DNA of 64,000 bases from the human T2T-CHM13v2.0 reference genome, Homo sapiens: NCBI GenBank assembly GCA_009914755.4, contig CP086569.2:8352001-8416000 (forward strand). Direction: 5' to 3'. Positions 35,676 to 49,914 of the stretch are shown in pieces. The first letter of the stretch is position 1. The number at the start of each line of letters is the position of its first letter. Position numbers and translations under genes: made by a program. The notes below the pieces were generated by a model, which saw only the letters and a list, made by a program, of their open reading frames with translations, ran no database searches and was not told where the DNA came from.

Positions 35676-38210
35676 GTGAAGTTGCAGGGCCCCATCATCA
35701 TCCACCAGATTGTATCCTCACCCTATCTTACTTTATTGCTACTCACACTCTGTTTCAGGTTGAAATCCCAAAATGATGGAGGAGTGCCCACTCATGACAT
35801 GAAGCACCTGCTCAGCTGGGAGCCGAATGTGAGGCAAATTCAAGGTGCCCTGTTGAACAGGATTGCTAATGTCTCTCCCTGGGTTTGCTGCAGGATGATG
35901 AAACACTGGGAAATGTCTGGTTTTTTTTTGGTATGGTGTGCTCCTCTTCTGTCTAGAGGAGTGGCATGGTTTTTTTTTTTTTTTTCTTTTTTTTTTTTTC
36001 AGAGGGAGGTTATTTATCTGGATGCCGACACTTTTCAGCATGCCTCCCAATCCACTGCAGATTCATGATCCACAGAGAAATAAAGAATGTGCGGTGACAC
36101 AGCCCAAGGTTAGCCACACAGACAGGCTACCAAAACTTCGGAAGACAAACATACAAACAAGCAAAAATGCTTTAGTGCATTAGCCACATTCTTATTTGCT
36201 TATATGCAGACTCCACTTATGTGGCACACACACACACACACCCAATGCCACACAGACACGCAGACATTCCAACATGCAGATATTGCAAACTCACAACTGT
36301 CCCACAGAAACACATAAACCAGGAGCTCCTGAGGCTATGTGGTTCTACAAGAACCCCTATCGGGAGAGAGCTGCCCCAGGGAACACAGGCAGTCTGTACT
36401 TAGAAATCACAGTGGGACAAGTTTCAAAAAACTCAACCCTATGACGTCTAGGCAGGCCTGAGGAATCCTGCAGATCATTTTGGATCCTTAGGGATTTTGC
36501 TGTTTATTCCTGGGGTTGTGCTTGATGTTTCTTCAGGCTGGGTCACATCTGTCCTCTCCTAAAATCATGGGACTATCCCATGGATCCCACGGAGAAGACA
36601 GGCAACATTTCACTCCCTATGCACATCCATGGAGGTCTCCTTCACCAAGCTACAGAGACTTGTCGCTAGTCAAAGATGACATTCATATTGATGCATGCCA
36701 GAGTTCACAATGATGCCTGGTGCCCTGAGGGTAGCACATGAACACTTGCATTCATGAGGCAGGCTAGGGCACGTGGCTCTCAGAGTTATCAGCCTGCATA
36801 AGTAGAGCATATTCATACAGGCAGAATCTGCATGGTATTAGGAAAAAGGCTGCCTGAGAAAAGCCACTGTGGGACCCTAAAACTCTCTACCTCAGGGACC
36901 CTCTGACCCATCTCCATGGTTGGGTTCTGCTGGAGGAGGAGGCATTTTGTGACTGTGAGTTGGTCACTAGAAATTGCTCTTATGACTCTATTCCCAAAAC
37001 AGGTTGTGTGCAAGAATTGGGTCCCATGGGGATTATAATATAGTCTGGTATGTTGTTGAGGGTTCTTTGTGTGATAGAATTATACCTGAGACCCCAGAGG
37101 CTGGTGTCATGAAAAGATGGCCAGGCTCTTGACCTCACTGCCTCCCTTCATCTTTGACCCCGCAGGGGCTCTCTGGGAAAGGCAGGAACTATGATAAAGG
37201 CAATTCAAAGTTGGATCAGTGTTCTCACATCTCGTACTGCCCTCTCTGGAGTGCAGATGAAGTTGAGACAGTGTTTCAGAGATGGTTTGTGGCAACGGCA
37301 AGCCTGAAAAGAGTGTCTGTAGTGCTGTTAAGGGGCAATGTGGATTCTCCATGAAAGCAAAGAAAAATCAAGGCTCACCTGAGAGAACGAGCTGCCTTCT
37401 TCTGGAGTCCAAGCAATGTTCAGTGATTCCTGTCAGAGAACCCACAAACTTCTGGCAAAGTGCAAACATTCACAGCCTCTACAAAAAGACAATGACAGAC
37501 AACTTGCACTGCAGCCAGAACACCGAATTTTCCTTTTGCTCTCTGAAATCCCTGGCAGCTAAATAATCTGTGGCCAGAGGCAGTCCCATCCAGCAACAGC
37601 TCAATGAAAGTGATCCTCTACAATGAGGAAGTCATGCAGATTAAATGAAACAGAAGCTCGATTACCAGGCAAAAGCCAGACACTGCTGCCCACTTTTCAT
37701 CCTACAAGAATCATGCAGCCCTCTGATAGAAGTGGGAGAACAAGAGTTTTCTTGTTTGTGGCTGTAACAGGAATTCAGAGTTTAAAAAAATTTCAAAGCT
37801 TCCCAGTCATTAAAACATGATGGTGGTTATAAGAAAACACTCATGCAATGGATTTTCATGAGGGTCATTTTCTGTGAACTGGGAAACATTTATTGTGGAA
37901 GCCGTTGAGCCAGATCTAGAGAGCCCTGGTCCAAGGAGGAACATGGATGTCAGTAAAGGAAGAGGCAAGTGTGAAGGCCACATCCACCCAGCATCAATCC
38001 ATTCCACTCACATTTGTCTCTGAATAAAAATCCCTCAAATCATGAGTTTGCCATGATGGCTCCAACTTCTACTCCAAAGTTTTCTTCAATGTTGGAGTAC
38101 TCTGACTTGAACACCGGGCCACGGTGTGGGCTGCTTTTGCAATTAAGGGAATGCAGTGATGGAGTTGGAAGCACTTTCTGTGTCACCTATCCTTATTTTT
38201 TTTTTTGCAA
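35676..38210 (+). repeat. Unit U12 (~2535 bp; long poly(T) tracts)
   Basis: Boundary ..tttttttttttttttttgccg|GTGAAGTTGCAGGGCC; T runs at 35655-35671 and 35970-35999. Confidence 0.65.
35970..35999 (+). repeat. Poly(T)/T-rich tract
   Basis: tttttttttttttttcttttttttttttt; a second T17 run lies at 35655-35671. Confidence 0.9.
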
Positions 38211-39869
38211 GTCAGGTTGTGGGTCCCCATCCACCCCTCACCAGATTGTATCCTCATCCCTATCTGACATTCTTCTTCACACACTGTACTTGACATATTT
38301 TCAAAATGGCTCATGTCTACCCTCCCCTTGAATCATGGAACTCTCCCTTTGATCCCACAGAGAAGACAGGTGAGAGTCCACTGCTGACAGATGTCCATGG
38401 AGGTCTCCTTTTCCGCCAAGATGCAGGGCTTTTTTCTACACAATGGTGACCTGCGTTGTGATGCTAGACAGAGCTCACAATCAAGCCTGGTGACCTGAGA
38501 CTAGCCCTTGTGCATTCATAAAGCAGGCTCGGGCCGGTGGCTGTCACAGTTGTCAGCCTGCCTAAGCACAGCAAGAGCCGGCCTGTTATCTGGAAAAATG
38601 CTGCCGTGAAAAGCCACAGTGGGATCCTAAAAGTCTCAAATTCAGTCCTCCTCCAGACAGTCTCAATGGTCAAGTCCTGCTGGAGGAGGAGGCCACTTGA
38701 GACTGTGAAGTGGTCAAGGGAAACTTCTCTTCTTATTCCATTCCTGAAGGAAGCTGTGTGCATGAATCAGGTCCCATGGGGAATGAAATATAGTCTGGAG
38801 TGTTTTTGACGGTACTTTGGGTGATAGAATCATACCTGAGACCCCAGAAGCAGGTGTCAGTGAAAAATGGCTGGGCTCTTGATCCACTGCCTCCCTCATC
38901 CTGGGTTTTGAAGGGCATCTCTGGGAAAGGCAAGAACCAAGAAAAGGGCAATTCCAAGGTGGAACAGCGTTCTTAACCCTCGGACTGTCCTCTCTCTGTG
39001 TAGATGAGGTTACAACTGTATCTCAGAGAATGTCTATAGAGATGGAAGCCTGAAATGTGTGTTCAGTAGTGCTGTTGAGGGCCACAGTGGATGCCCCATG
39101 AAAGACTTGAAAAATCAAGGATTGCCTGAGAGAATGAGCTGTTGTTTTGGAGTCCAAACAATGTTCATTGAATCCTGTCAGAGGACCCACAAGCCTCCTA
39201 CAAAGTGCAAATATTCTTAGCCCCCATAAAGAAACAATGACCCACAACCTATAATGCAGCCAGCCTACCCAAAGTCCATTTGGCTCTCTGAAATCCCTAG
39301 CATCTAAATAACCTGTGTTAAGAGGCAGTCCCATCCAGCAACAGACCAATGAAAGAGCCCCTCCACAATGAGAAGGCCATGAAGATGAAAAGAATAAGAG
39401 GCCAGATTAACAGACAGAAGCCAGGCATTGCTTCCTGCTTCTTATCCTACAGGAATCTTGCAGCCCTCCAATGGAAGTGAGAGAGCCAGTGTTAAGAAGA
39501 AAACACTTATGCAATGGATACCCCTGAGGGTCGTTTTTCATGAACTGGGAAATGTTTAGTGTAGAATTAATTGAGCTAGACTCAGGAAACCCTAGGTCAA
39601 TGAGAAAAATGGTAGTCAGAAAAAGAAGAGGAAAGTCTGGAGGCCAAATTCCACACAGCATCAATCCATTCCACTCCCATTTGACTCTGGGTATGAAAGT
39701 TATCAAATCAGGAGTTAGCTAGGATGGCCCCAATTTACACACCAAAAGTTTCTTGCAGGTTCATGCACCTGAACATCAGACCATGGTGTGGACTGCTTGT
39801 GCAATTGAAGGAATGTGGGAATGGTGTTGAAAGCACCTTCTTTGTCATCTGTCTTCCTTTGCATTGCAG
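38211..39869 (+). repeat. Unit U13 (deleted variant, ~1.66 kb)
   Basis: The exon-like start (..GTCAGGTTGTGGGTCCCCATCCACCCCTCACCAGATTGTATCCTCATCCCTATCTGAC) joins after ~60 nt to the ..ggctcatgtctaccctcc..atcatggaactctcc.. segment. That segment normally lies ~820 bp into a unit, so ~0.75 kb is missing. A second small (~80 bp) deletion lies near 39480. Confidence 0.65.
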
Positions 39870-42320
39870 GTGAAGTTGCAGGACCCAATCCACCCCTCAA
39901 TAGATTGTATCCTCACACCTATTTCACCATATTACTTCTAACACTCTATGTCCCAGGATGCAATCCTAAGATGATGGAGGAGTGCCTCTTCACAAAGTGA
40001 AGTACCTGATCAGATGGGAACCTAATTCAAGGTAAATTACAGGGGCCCAGCAGATAGGATGCCTAGTCTGTCTGTCTGGGTTGGCTGCAGGACAATAAAA
40101 TACAGAAAAATGTCTGTTTTTTGGTGTGGTGTCTTCCTCTTTTTTCTAAAAGAGTGGCTTTTTTTTTTTCCAGAGGGAGGTTATTTGGATGCTGATGGGT
40201 CTTGGCATGCCTCCCAATTCACAGTGGATTTATAATGCACAGATAAATGAAGAAAACAAGACCCCAGAGCCCAAGAAAAGCCACACAGGGCAGCCACCAA
40301 AAGGTTAGGAGTCTCAAAAAAAAGAAGCACTGAAGTGCTTTAACCATGTTCCTTTAAGAAGACTCCGCTAAAAGGCACACACAAACACACACAAAATGCT
40401 AAACACATATGCAGAAAACACTCTCACAGAAACACATAGCCAAGCAGCTCCTGAAGCTGTGTGGTTCTGCAGGTAGCCCCACGTCGGGGAGAGCAACCCC
40501 AGCTAACACAGTCAGGATGTACCTAGAAATCACAGTGGGACAAGTTTCAAGAAACCTCACTCCTACAACATTTAGGTAGGTCTGAGGAATCCTGAAGAAC
40601 GTTTTAGATCCTTAGGGATTCCGCGGTTTATTCCGGGGGCTGGGCTTGAGGTTTATTCAAGCTGGCTCGTGTCTGCTCCCTCCTAGATTCGTGGGACTAT
40701 CCCATGGATCTACAGAGAAGATAGGCAAGAGTCCACCACCGATGCACCTCCACAAAAGTCTCCTCTGCCAAGCTTCAGGCACTTGTCACTATGCACCAGT
40801 CACAATCACTGTGATGCTAGCAAGGGCTCACAATCAGTCCTGGTGCCCTGAGACTAGAACATGCACATTCGTGAGGCAGGCTCTGGTGCCCATTTGTCAG
40901 AGCTGTCATCCTGTCTAAGCAGAGGAAAATAGTGCAGGCAGAGCCAGCCTGGTATCAGAAAAATTCTGACTGCAAAAACCCACTGCAGGCCCCTAAAAGT
41001 CTAGACATCAGGACCAATTCGGGCCATCTCCATGGTCAGTTTTCACTGGAGGAGGAGGCATTTCAAGACTGTGAGGTGGTTGCTAGAAACTGATCTTCTC
41101 ACTATATTCCCAAAAGAGAATGTGTGTGTGCAAGAATTGGGTCACATGCGGATTGGAATATAGTTTGGTGTGTAGTTGAGTGTTCTTTGAGGGATAGAAT
41201 CTTACCTGAGACCCCAGAGGCATGTGACAGTGAAAGATGGCTGGGCTCTTGACATCACTGACTGTCTTCATCTCAGGCCTCCCATTGGCTCTCTGGGAAA
41301 GGCAGGAACATGACAAAGGCAAGTCCAAGGTGGAGTAATGTTCTCACACCTTGGACTGTCCTCTCAAGGGTGCAGATGAGGTTCAGACAGTGTATCCGAG
41401 ACCATCTGTGGTGATGGCAAGGATGAAAATGCTGAATATTAGTGCTGTCAAGATTCACTGTGAATTACCCACAAAAGCAAAGAATAATCAAGACTCGCCT
41501 GAAAGAATGAGCTGCCTTCTGCTGGAGTCAAAGCAATGTTCAATGATTCCCATCAGAGGACCTAAAAGCCTCCTACAATGTGCAAACAATCTCAGCCCCC
41601 ACAAGGAAGCAATGACCCACAACCTGGAGCGCAGGAAGCCTACCCACAGTCGCTTTTGCTCTCTGAAATCCCTGGCAGCTAAATAATCTGTGGTGAGAGG
41701 CAGTCACATCCAGCAACAGCCCAATGGAAGAGCCCTTCCACAATGAAAAGGCTGTGCAGTTGAAAGAAAATAGAGGCTAGATTAGCAGGCAAAAACCAGA
41801 CAAGTATTCTCATCCTGCAAGTATTATGCAGCCGTTCAAAAGAAGTAGGAGAAAAAGAGTTTCTTTGTTGGCAGCAGTAATGAGAATTTTTGGTTTCAAA
41901 ATATCAAAGCTGCCCAGTCATTAAAACGTGACAGTGTTTAGAAGGAAACACTCATGCAATGGATTCCCATGAGGGATATTCTCCGTGAACTGGAAAACCT
42001 TTAGTGTGAAAGTTGTTGAGCCAGACACAGGAAACTCTAAGTGGATGAGGAATATAGAAGTCACACAAAAAAAGAGGAAAATATGGAGGCCACATCCCAG
42101 CCAGCATCAATCCATTCCACTGGAATTGGTCTCGGAATATGAAAGCCCTCAAATCAGGAGTTTGCCAGGATGGACCCAAATTGCACTCCAAATGTCTGTT
42201 GCTCATTGGAGTATCGCCACCTGAACATGGGGTCATTGTGTGGACTGTGTGTGCAATTAAGGGAATGCAGGGATGGAGTTGGAAGACCTTCTGTGTCATC
42301 TGTCTGTATTTTTATTGTAG
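39870..42320 (+). repeat. Unit U14 (~2451 bp)
   Basis: Boundary ..gcattgcag|GTGAAGTTGCAGGACCCAATCCACCCCTCAATAG. Confidence 0.65.
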
Positions 42321-44902
42321 ATGAATTACAGGACTCCAACCACCTTTCACCAGATTTTATCTCCACCCATATCTGACCTTATTGCTGCTCACACTCGATG
42401 TCCCAGGATAAAATCCCAAGATGATGGAGGAGTACCCCCTTACAACGTGAAGTACCTGCTCAGCTTGGAACCTAATTCAAGGTAAGTTCAAGTGTCCCTG
42501 CAGACAGGACTGCTAGTGTCTCCCCTTGTGTTTGCTGCAAGACAATGAAACACTGAAAAATGCCTGTTTTTTCTTTTTTCTTTCTTTCTTTTTTTTTGTG
42601 TGCGTGTGTGTGTGGTGTGCTCCTCTTCTTTCTGGAAGTGTGGCTATTTTGCAGGGGGAGATGATTTGGACGCCATGGGGAATTGGCCTGACTTCCAATT
42701 CATGTTGGATTCATAATTCACAGAAAAATAAAGAACATGAAGCTTTGTAGCCCAAGCAGATCCACGCAGACAGGCCACCAAAATGTTGGGAGACTCAAAA
42801 AAATAACGCTGAACTATGTTAGCCACATTGCATTAAGCAGACTCCCCTTACAGGCACACACACACACAAACACACACAAACACTCACAAACACACACAGA
42901 GAAACAGACAAAGTGCCACACACACGCAGACATCCAACACTCACAACACTCCCACAGAAACACACAGGCTGGCAGCTCCTGAGGCTGTGTGATTCTGAAG
43001 GTAACCTCACCTGCGAGAGAGCAACCCAGGGAAACATAGTTGGGCTATACCTAGAAATCAGTTTGGCAAGTTTCAAAAAGACTCACCTCTACAATGTCTA
43101 GGCATGCCTGAGAAATGCTGCAGATCTTTTTGGATCCTAGAGATTTTGCAGTTTATTCCTGGGGCTTTCCTTGATGTTTCTTCAGGCAAGCTTGCATGTG
43201 CCATTTCCTGGGGTCATGGGACAATCCCATAGATCAAACAGAGAAGACAGGCGAGAGTTCATGGCCAATGCATCTCCACAGAAGTCTCCTTATATGCCAA
43301 GATGCAGGGACTTGTCACTAGGCAATGGTGAAATTCATTGTGACACTCGTTAGAGCTCACAATCAGGCCTGGTTCCCTGAGACTGGAGCATGTGCCTTTG
43401 TGGGCAGGCTTGGAAGCCTGGCTGTAAGAGCTGTCACCCTGCCTAAGCAGAGGAAATTGGTACATGTAGAGCCAGACTGGTATCTGGGAAAATATTTCCT
43501 GTAGTAACCCACTGTGGAATGCTAAAAGTCTCATCCTTAGGACCCCTTGGATCATCTTTGTTCTTGGGTACCCCTGGAGGAGGTTGCTTTTTTTTTTTTA
43601 AGATGTTAAGTGTATATATGAAAAAGGAGGTTGCTTTTTCAGACTGTGAGTTGGTTCTGAAAAACTGCTCTTCTGACTCATTGCTGAAAGAAGCTGTGTG
43701 CAATAATCAGGTCCCATGGGGATTGGAATGTAGTCTGGTGATTTGTTTAGGTGTCTTTGGGTGATAGAATCATACCTGAGACCCCAGAGATGGGTGTCAG
43801 CAAAAGATGGCTGGGCCATTAACCTTACTGCCTCCCTTCATCCTGGGTTTCACAGGGTCTCTCTCAGATAGGCAGGAAACATGACAAAGGCAAGTCCAAA
43901 TTGGAGAAGTACTCTCACACCTCAAACTGGCCTCTCACACATGCAGATGAAGTTGAGAGAGGGTCTCAGTGGCTATCTGTGGTGATTGCAACCCTAGAAA
44001 TGGTGTCCAGTAGTGATAGTGAGTGGCACTGTGGACCCCCCGTGAAATCAAGAAAAATCAAGGTTTGCATGAGAGAACACACTACCCTGGGCTGGAGTCC
44101 AAGTAACGTTCAAAGATTCCTGTTAGAGGACCCAAAACCCTCCTGCAAAGTTCAAACAACCTTATCCCCCATAACAAGACCAAGACTCACAACCTGGAAT
44201 GCTGCCAGCCTATCTGAAATCCCTTGTCTTCTGGGAAATCCCTGGCATCCAATAAATTTATAGTGGGAGGCAGCCCCATCCAGCAACAGCCCAATGAAAG
44301 ACCCTCTACACATTGAGAAAGGACATGCAGATAAAAGGAAACAGAATCTGTATTACCAGGCAAAATCCAGACATGGCTGCCTGCTTCTCATCCTACAGAA
44401 ATCATGTAGGCCTCCAATAGAAGTTGGAGAGCAAGAGTTTCATTATTGGCAGCTGTAACAGGAATTTATGGTTTTAAAATTATCACAGCTGCCCAGTCAT
44501 TGAAACTTGACAGTGTTTAGAAGGAAACACTCATGCAATGGATTCCCTTGAGGGTCACCTTCCATGAACTGGGAAATATTTAGCATGGAAGATGGTATGC
44601 CAGACCCACGAATCCCTAGGCCAAGGAGGCACATGTAAGTCAGGAAAAGAAGAAGCAAGTGTGGAGGTCACATCCCACCATGCAGCAGTGGATCTCACTG
44701 ACATTTGGCTCTGCCTATGAAAGCCCTCAAATTGGGAGTTTGCCAGGATGGCCCCAGCTTGCACTCTAAATGTTTCCTGCATGTTGGAGTTGGAGTACTC
44801 CCAACTGAATACTGGGCTAACTTGAGGACTGTTTGTGCAATTAAGGAAATGTGGGGTCTGCTGGAAGCACCTTCTGTGTCATCTGTCTTTAACTATTTGC
44901 AG
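42321..44902 (+). repeat. Unit U15 (~2582 bp)
   Basis: Boundary ..tttattgtag|ATGAATTACAGGACTCCAACCACC; (GT)n at ~42598-42625; small local duplication ..ggaggttgcttttt.. at ~43580-43640. Confidence 0.65.
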
Positions 44903-47424
44903 GTGAAGGTACGGGACCCCATCCACCCCTCACCAGATTGTATCCTCACCCCACCTGATCTTATTGCTGCTTACACTCTATGCCCTAGGATGAAATTCCA
45001 AGACAATGGAGGAGTGACCCCTGACAATGGGAAGTACCTGCTCAGCTAAGAACCAAATTCGAGGTAAATTCATGTGGACAGAACTGTTGGCATTTCTCCT
45101 TAGGATGGCTGCAGGACAATGAAACATTGCAAGATTTCTGTTCTTGAGTGTGGCATGCTGCTCTTCTTTCTAGAAGGGTGGCTTTTTTTGCAGTGATCAG
45201 TTATGCAGACCCCTGCAGGTCATAGCCAGCCTCATAATTCACTGTGAATTCACGATTCACAGAAAAATAAACAGGTAGGCCTACATCCCAGGCAGAGCCA
45301 CACAGGTAGGCCACCGAAGTGTTGGGAGTCTCAAATAGAAGAAGCCCTGCAGTGCGTTATCCACATCCCTTTAAGCAGACTAAACTTACAGGTGTGTGTG
45401 CGTGCGTGCACGCACACACACTCAAACACACAAAACCAAAAAGTCACACCCACACCCAGACATCCAACACTTGGAACACTCCCTCAGAAACACAGAGCCT
45501 GGCAGCTTCTGAGGCTGCACGTGTATGCAGAAAGCCCCACCTGGGAGAGAGAAACTCTGACGAACACAGTGGACTTTACCTAAAAATAACAGTTGGATGA
45601 GTTTCAAAAAGTCTCAACCCTAGAACGTCTAGGCAGGACTGAGAAACCTGGCTAATTTTTTTGTAACCTTAGGACTCGCGGTTTATTCCTTTGGCTCTCC
45701 TTGATGTTTCTTCAGGCTGGCTTATGTCTGCCCTCTTCTAGGAACATGGGACTATCCCGTGAGTCCCACAAAGAAGACAGGCGAAAGTCCACCGCTGTCA
45801 CCCCTCTACGGAGATCTCTTTCTCAGCCAAGTTGCCAGGACTTGTCGCTAGGTAATGGTGACATTTATTGTGATGCTAGCCAGAGCTCACAATCAGGCCT
45901 GGTGCCCTGAGACTAGCGCATGCGCATTCAAGGGTTGCCCGGCTGTTAGAGCTGTCAAACTGTGGAAGCAGAAAAAAACTCTACAAGCAGAGCCGGCCTG
46001 GTGTCGGGAATTAGGATGCCTGCGACAATGCACTGCAGGACCCTAGAAGTCTCGATGTTAGGGACACTTCAGGCTGTCTCCGTGGTCTGTTCCCACAGGA
46101 GGAGGTGTTTAGAGACTGTGAGATGGTCACTGGAAACTGCTCTTCTCACTCCCTTTCCAAAAGAGGCTGTGTGGAAGAATCAGGTCCCATGGGGATTGTA
46201 ATGTAGTCTGATGAGTTGTGGAGGAGTCTTTGGGTGACAGAATTATACCTGAGACACTAGAATTGGGTGCCCACAAATGATGTGGGTGACAGAATTATAC
46301 CCGAGACCCTAGAATTGGGTGCCCACAAATGATGTTTGTGCCCTTATCTTCACTGCCTCCCTCCATTCTGGACCTCACAGGCACTCTCTGTGAAATGCAA
46401 GAAGCATGACAAAGGAAGTCTAAAATGCAGCAGTGTTCTCACACCTCAAACAGGCTTCTCATGAGTGCAGATGAGGTTGAGACAGTGTATTAGAGGACAT
46501 CTGTGGTGATGCCAAGCCTCAAAAGAGTGTCCAGTAGTGCTTTTCAGGGGCACTGTGGACTTCCCAGGAAAGCAAAGAAAAATTAAGCCTCATGAGTGAG
46601 AAAAAGATGGCTTGTGTGGAGTCTAAGAAACATTTAAAATTTCCTATCAGAGAACTCAAAAGCCTCCTGCAAAGTGCAACCAACCTCAGCACCCACAATG
46701 AGACTCTGACCTACAACCTGGAGTGCTACCAAACCTAACCCGAGTCCCATTTGCTCCCTGAAATCCCTGGCAGCCCACAGATCTGTGGCAAGAGGCAGAC
46801 CCATCCATCAACAATCCAGTGAAAGACCACATCCACAGTGAGAAAGGACATGCAGATGCAATGAGACACAGCATAGATTACCAGGCAAAAGCCAGACATG
46901 GCTCCCTGCTTCTCATACTACAGGAATCATGCAGCACTCCGATAAAAGTTGTAGAACAAAAGCTTCCTTGTTGGCGGATGTAATAGGAATTTATGGTTTA
47001 AAAATTATCACAGCTGCCCAGTCATTAAAACGTGAAAGTGTTTAGAAGGAAACACTCACCCAGTGGATTCCCTTGAGGGTCGTCTTCTGTGAACTGGGAG
47101 ACGTTTAACATGGAAGACACTGAGCCAGACCAAGGAAACCCTAGGCTGACAAGGAACATGGAAGACAGGAAAAGAAGAAGCAAGTGTGGTGGCCATATCC
47201 CATCTTGCATCTATCAATCTCACTTTCAAGTGGAGCCAAGTAGGAAAGCTCTCAAATTGGGAGTTTGCCAGGATGGCCCCAGTTTGCACATCAAATATTC
47301 TCTGCATGTTGGCGTACTCCCACCTGAACATCAGGCCATAGTGTGGACTACTTGTGTAATTAAGGACATGTGAGGATGCAGTTGGAATCAATTTCTGTGT
47401 CATCTGTCTTTACATTTTTTCCAG
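44903..47424 (+). repeat. Unit U16 (~2522 bp)
   Basis: Boundary ..aactatttgcag|GTGAAGGTACGGGACCCCATCCACCCCTCACCAG. It contains a ~45 bp direct duplication at ~46215-46325 (gggtgacagaattatacc..gagac..tagaattgggtgcccacaaatgatg appears twice). Confidence 0.65.
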
Positions 47425-49914
47425 GTGAAGGAGTGGGACCCCATCCACCCCTCACCAGATTGCATCTTCAACCCTATCTGACCTTTTTGCTGCTTATACT
47501 CTCTGTCCCTGAAGGAAATGCCAAGATGATCTAGGAGTGCCCTCTCATGACTTGAAGCACCTGCTCGGCTAGGAACCAAATTCGAGATAAATTCAAGGGG
47601 CCCTGTGGACAAGCATGCAGGTGTTTCTTCCTGGAATGGCAGCAGAACAATGAATTACTGAGGGAAGTCTGTCCTTGGGTATGGTGTGCTCCTCTTCTTT
47701 CTTGAAGAGTAGCTTTTTTTGCAGGCAGAGGTGATGCGGACCTTGGCATGTCACAAGCAGCCTCCCAGTTCATTTTGCATTCATGATACAGGGAAAAATA
47801 AAAAAACACGGAGACCTGCAGCCCAAGTAGAGCCACACAAGCCACCTAAAGGTTGGGAGACTCAAAAAAAAAAAAAAGAGTTCAGTGTGCTAGCCACATA
47901 CCTTTAAGCAAATTCCACTTACAAGCACACACACAGACAAACACACACACAGAAACACACAATACCAAAAAAGCCACACCCACATGCATACATCAAAGAC
48001 TCACAACACTTTCACAGAAACACACAGCCTGGCAGTTTCTGAGGCTGCAGTTTCTGAGGCTGCATGGTTCGGCAGGAAGACTTACCTGGGAGAGAGCAAT
48101 TGTGGGGAACACAGGTATGGTGCACCTAGAAACCACAGTGAGGCAAGTTTCAAAAAGACTTTCCTCTACATGCCTAGGCAGGCCTGAGGCATTCTATAGA
48201 TAGAGATTTCACATTTTATTCCTGGGGTTGGCTTGACCTGTCTTCCAGTTGGCTCATGTCTGCCCTCTTCTAGGATCACGGGAATATCCCTTGGATCCCA
48301 CAGAGCAGACAGGTGAAAGTCCACTGCCGATGCACCTCCAAGAAAGTCTCCTTCTTTGCCAAGCTGCAGTGACTTCTCACTAGGCAATGTTGTCATTCAT
48401 TGTGACACTAGCCAGAGCTTACAGCTCAGGCTTGGTGTCCTGAGACTAGTGTATATGCATTCTCAGCACCTGACAGGCAGAGCTGTCAGCCCACCTAAGC
48501 AGACAAAAATGGTACAGGCAGGGCAGGCCTCGTATCAGGACAAATTGCTTCATGCGATAACCCACTGTAGAACCCTAAAAGTCTCGAACTTAAGGACCCT
48601 TCGGGTCATACCCATGATCTAGTCCCACTGGAGAAGGAGGCATTTCAAGACTCTGAGGAGGTTACTGAGATCTGCTCTTCTGACTTCATTCCTGGAAGAG
48701 ACTGTGTGGGAGAATCAGGTCCCATGTGAATTGGAATGTTGTCTCGTGAGTTGTGGAGGGTTGTTTGGGTGATAGAATCATACCTGTGACCCCAGAGGTG
48801 GGTGTCAGTGAAAGATGGCTGGGACTTTAACCTCACTGCCTCCCTTCCTCCTGGGGCTCACAGGGGCTCTTGGGGAAAGGCAGGCAGCATGACAAAGGCA
48901 AGTCAAAAGTAGAGCAGAGTTCTTATACCTTGAACTGGCCTCCCTCTCATGGGTGCAGAAGAGGATGAGACTGTGTCTCAGGGATCATCTCTGGTGATTG
49001 CAATCCTGAAAATATTGTCAGATAGTGCTGTTGAATGGCACTGTGGACCTCCCATGAAAGCAAAGGATAATCAAGGCTTATATAACAGAATGAGCTGCCT
49101 TGTGCTGTGGTCCAAGCAACATTCAGAGATTTCTGTCAGAGGACCCAAAAGCCTCCTGCAAAGTGCTAACAACCTCAGCCTCCACAACAAAACCATGATC
49201 CCAAACCTAAAGCACAGCCAGCATACTTGAAGTCCTTTTTGTTCTCCAAAATCTCTGGCAGCCAATAAATATCTGATGGAAGGAAACCCCATCCAGCAAC
49301 AGCCCAATGAAAGATTCCTCCACAATGAAAAAAGACAAGCAGATGAAATGAAACAGAGCCTAGATTCCCAGGCAAAAGCTAGATATGACTGCCTGCTCCT
49401 CATCCTACAGGAATCAAGCAGCCCTCCGATAAAAGCTGGATAACGAGAGTTTCCTTGTTAGAGACTATAAAAGAAATTTACAGTTTTAAAAATATCAAAG
49501 CTGCCCAGTCATTAAAACCTGACAGTGTTTAGAAGAAAACACTTATGGAATGGATTCCCTTGAGTGTCGTCTTCTGTGAAATGGGAAACATTTAGCATGG
49601 AAGACATAGAGTCAGATCTAGGAGCCCCTATGCCAATGAGGAACATGGAAGTTGGGAAAAGAAGAGGCAAGTGAGTTGACCATATCAAACTTTGCGTAAA
49701 AGGATTTGTCTCCCATTTGGATCCAGGTGTGAAATCCTTCAAATAGGGAGTTTTCTGGGATGGCCCAGTTTGCACTCCAAACATTCCATGCATATTAGGG
49801 TGCTCCCACCTGTACACTGGCCCATGGTGTGGACTGGTTATGTAATTAAAGTAATGTGGGGATGCAGTTGGAAGCACCTTCTGTGTCATCTGCCTTCTGT
49901 GTCATTTTTTGTAG
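47425..49914 (+). repeat. Unit U17 (~2490 bp)
   Basis: Boundary ..tacattttttccag|GTGAAGGAGTGGGACCCCATCCACCCCTCACCAG. Confidence 0.65.
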
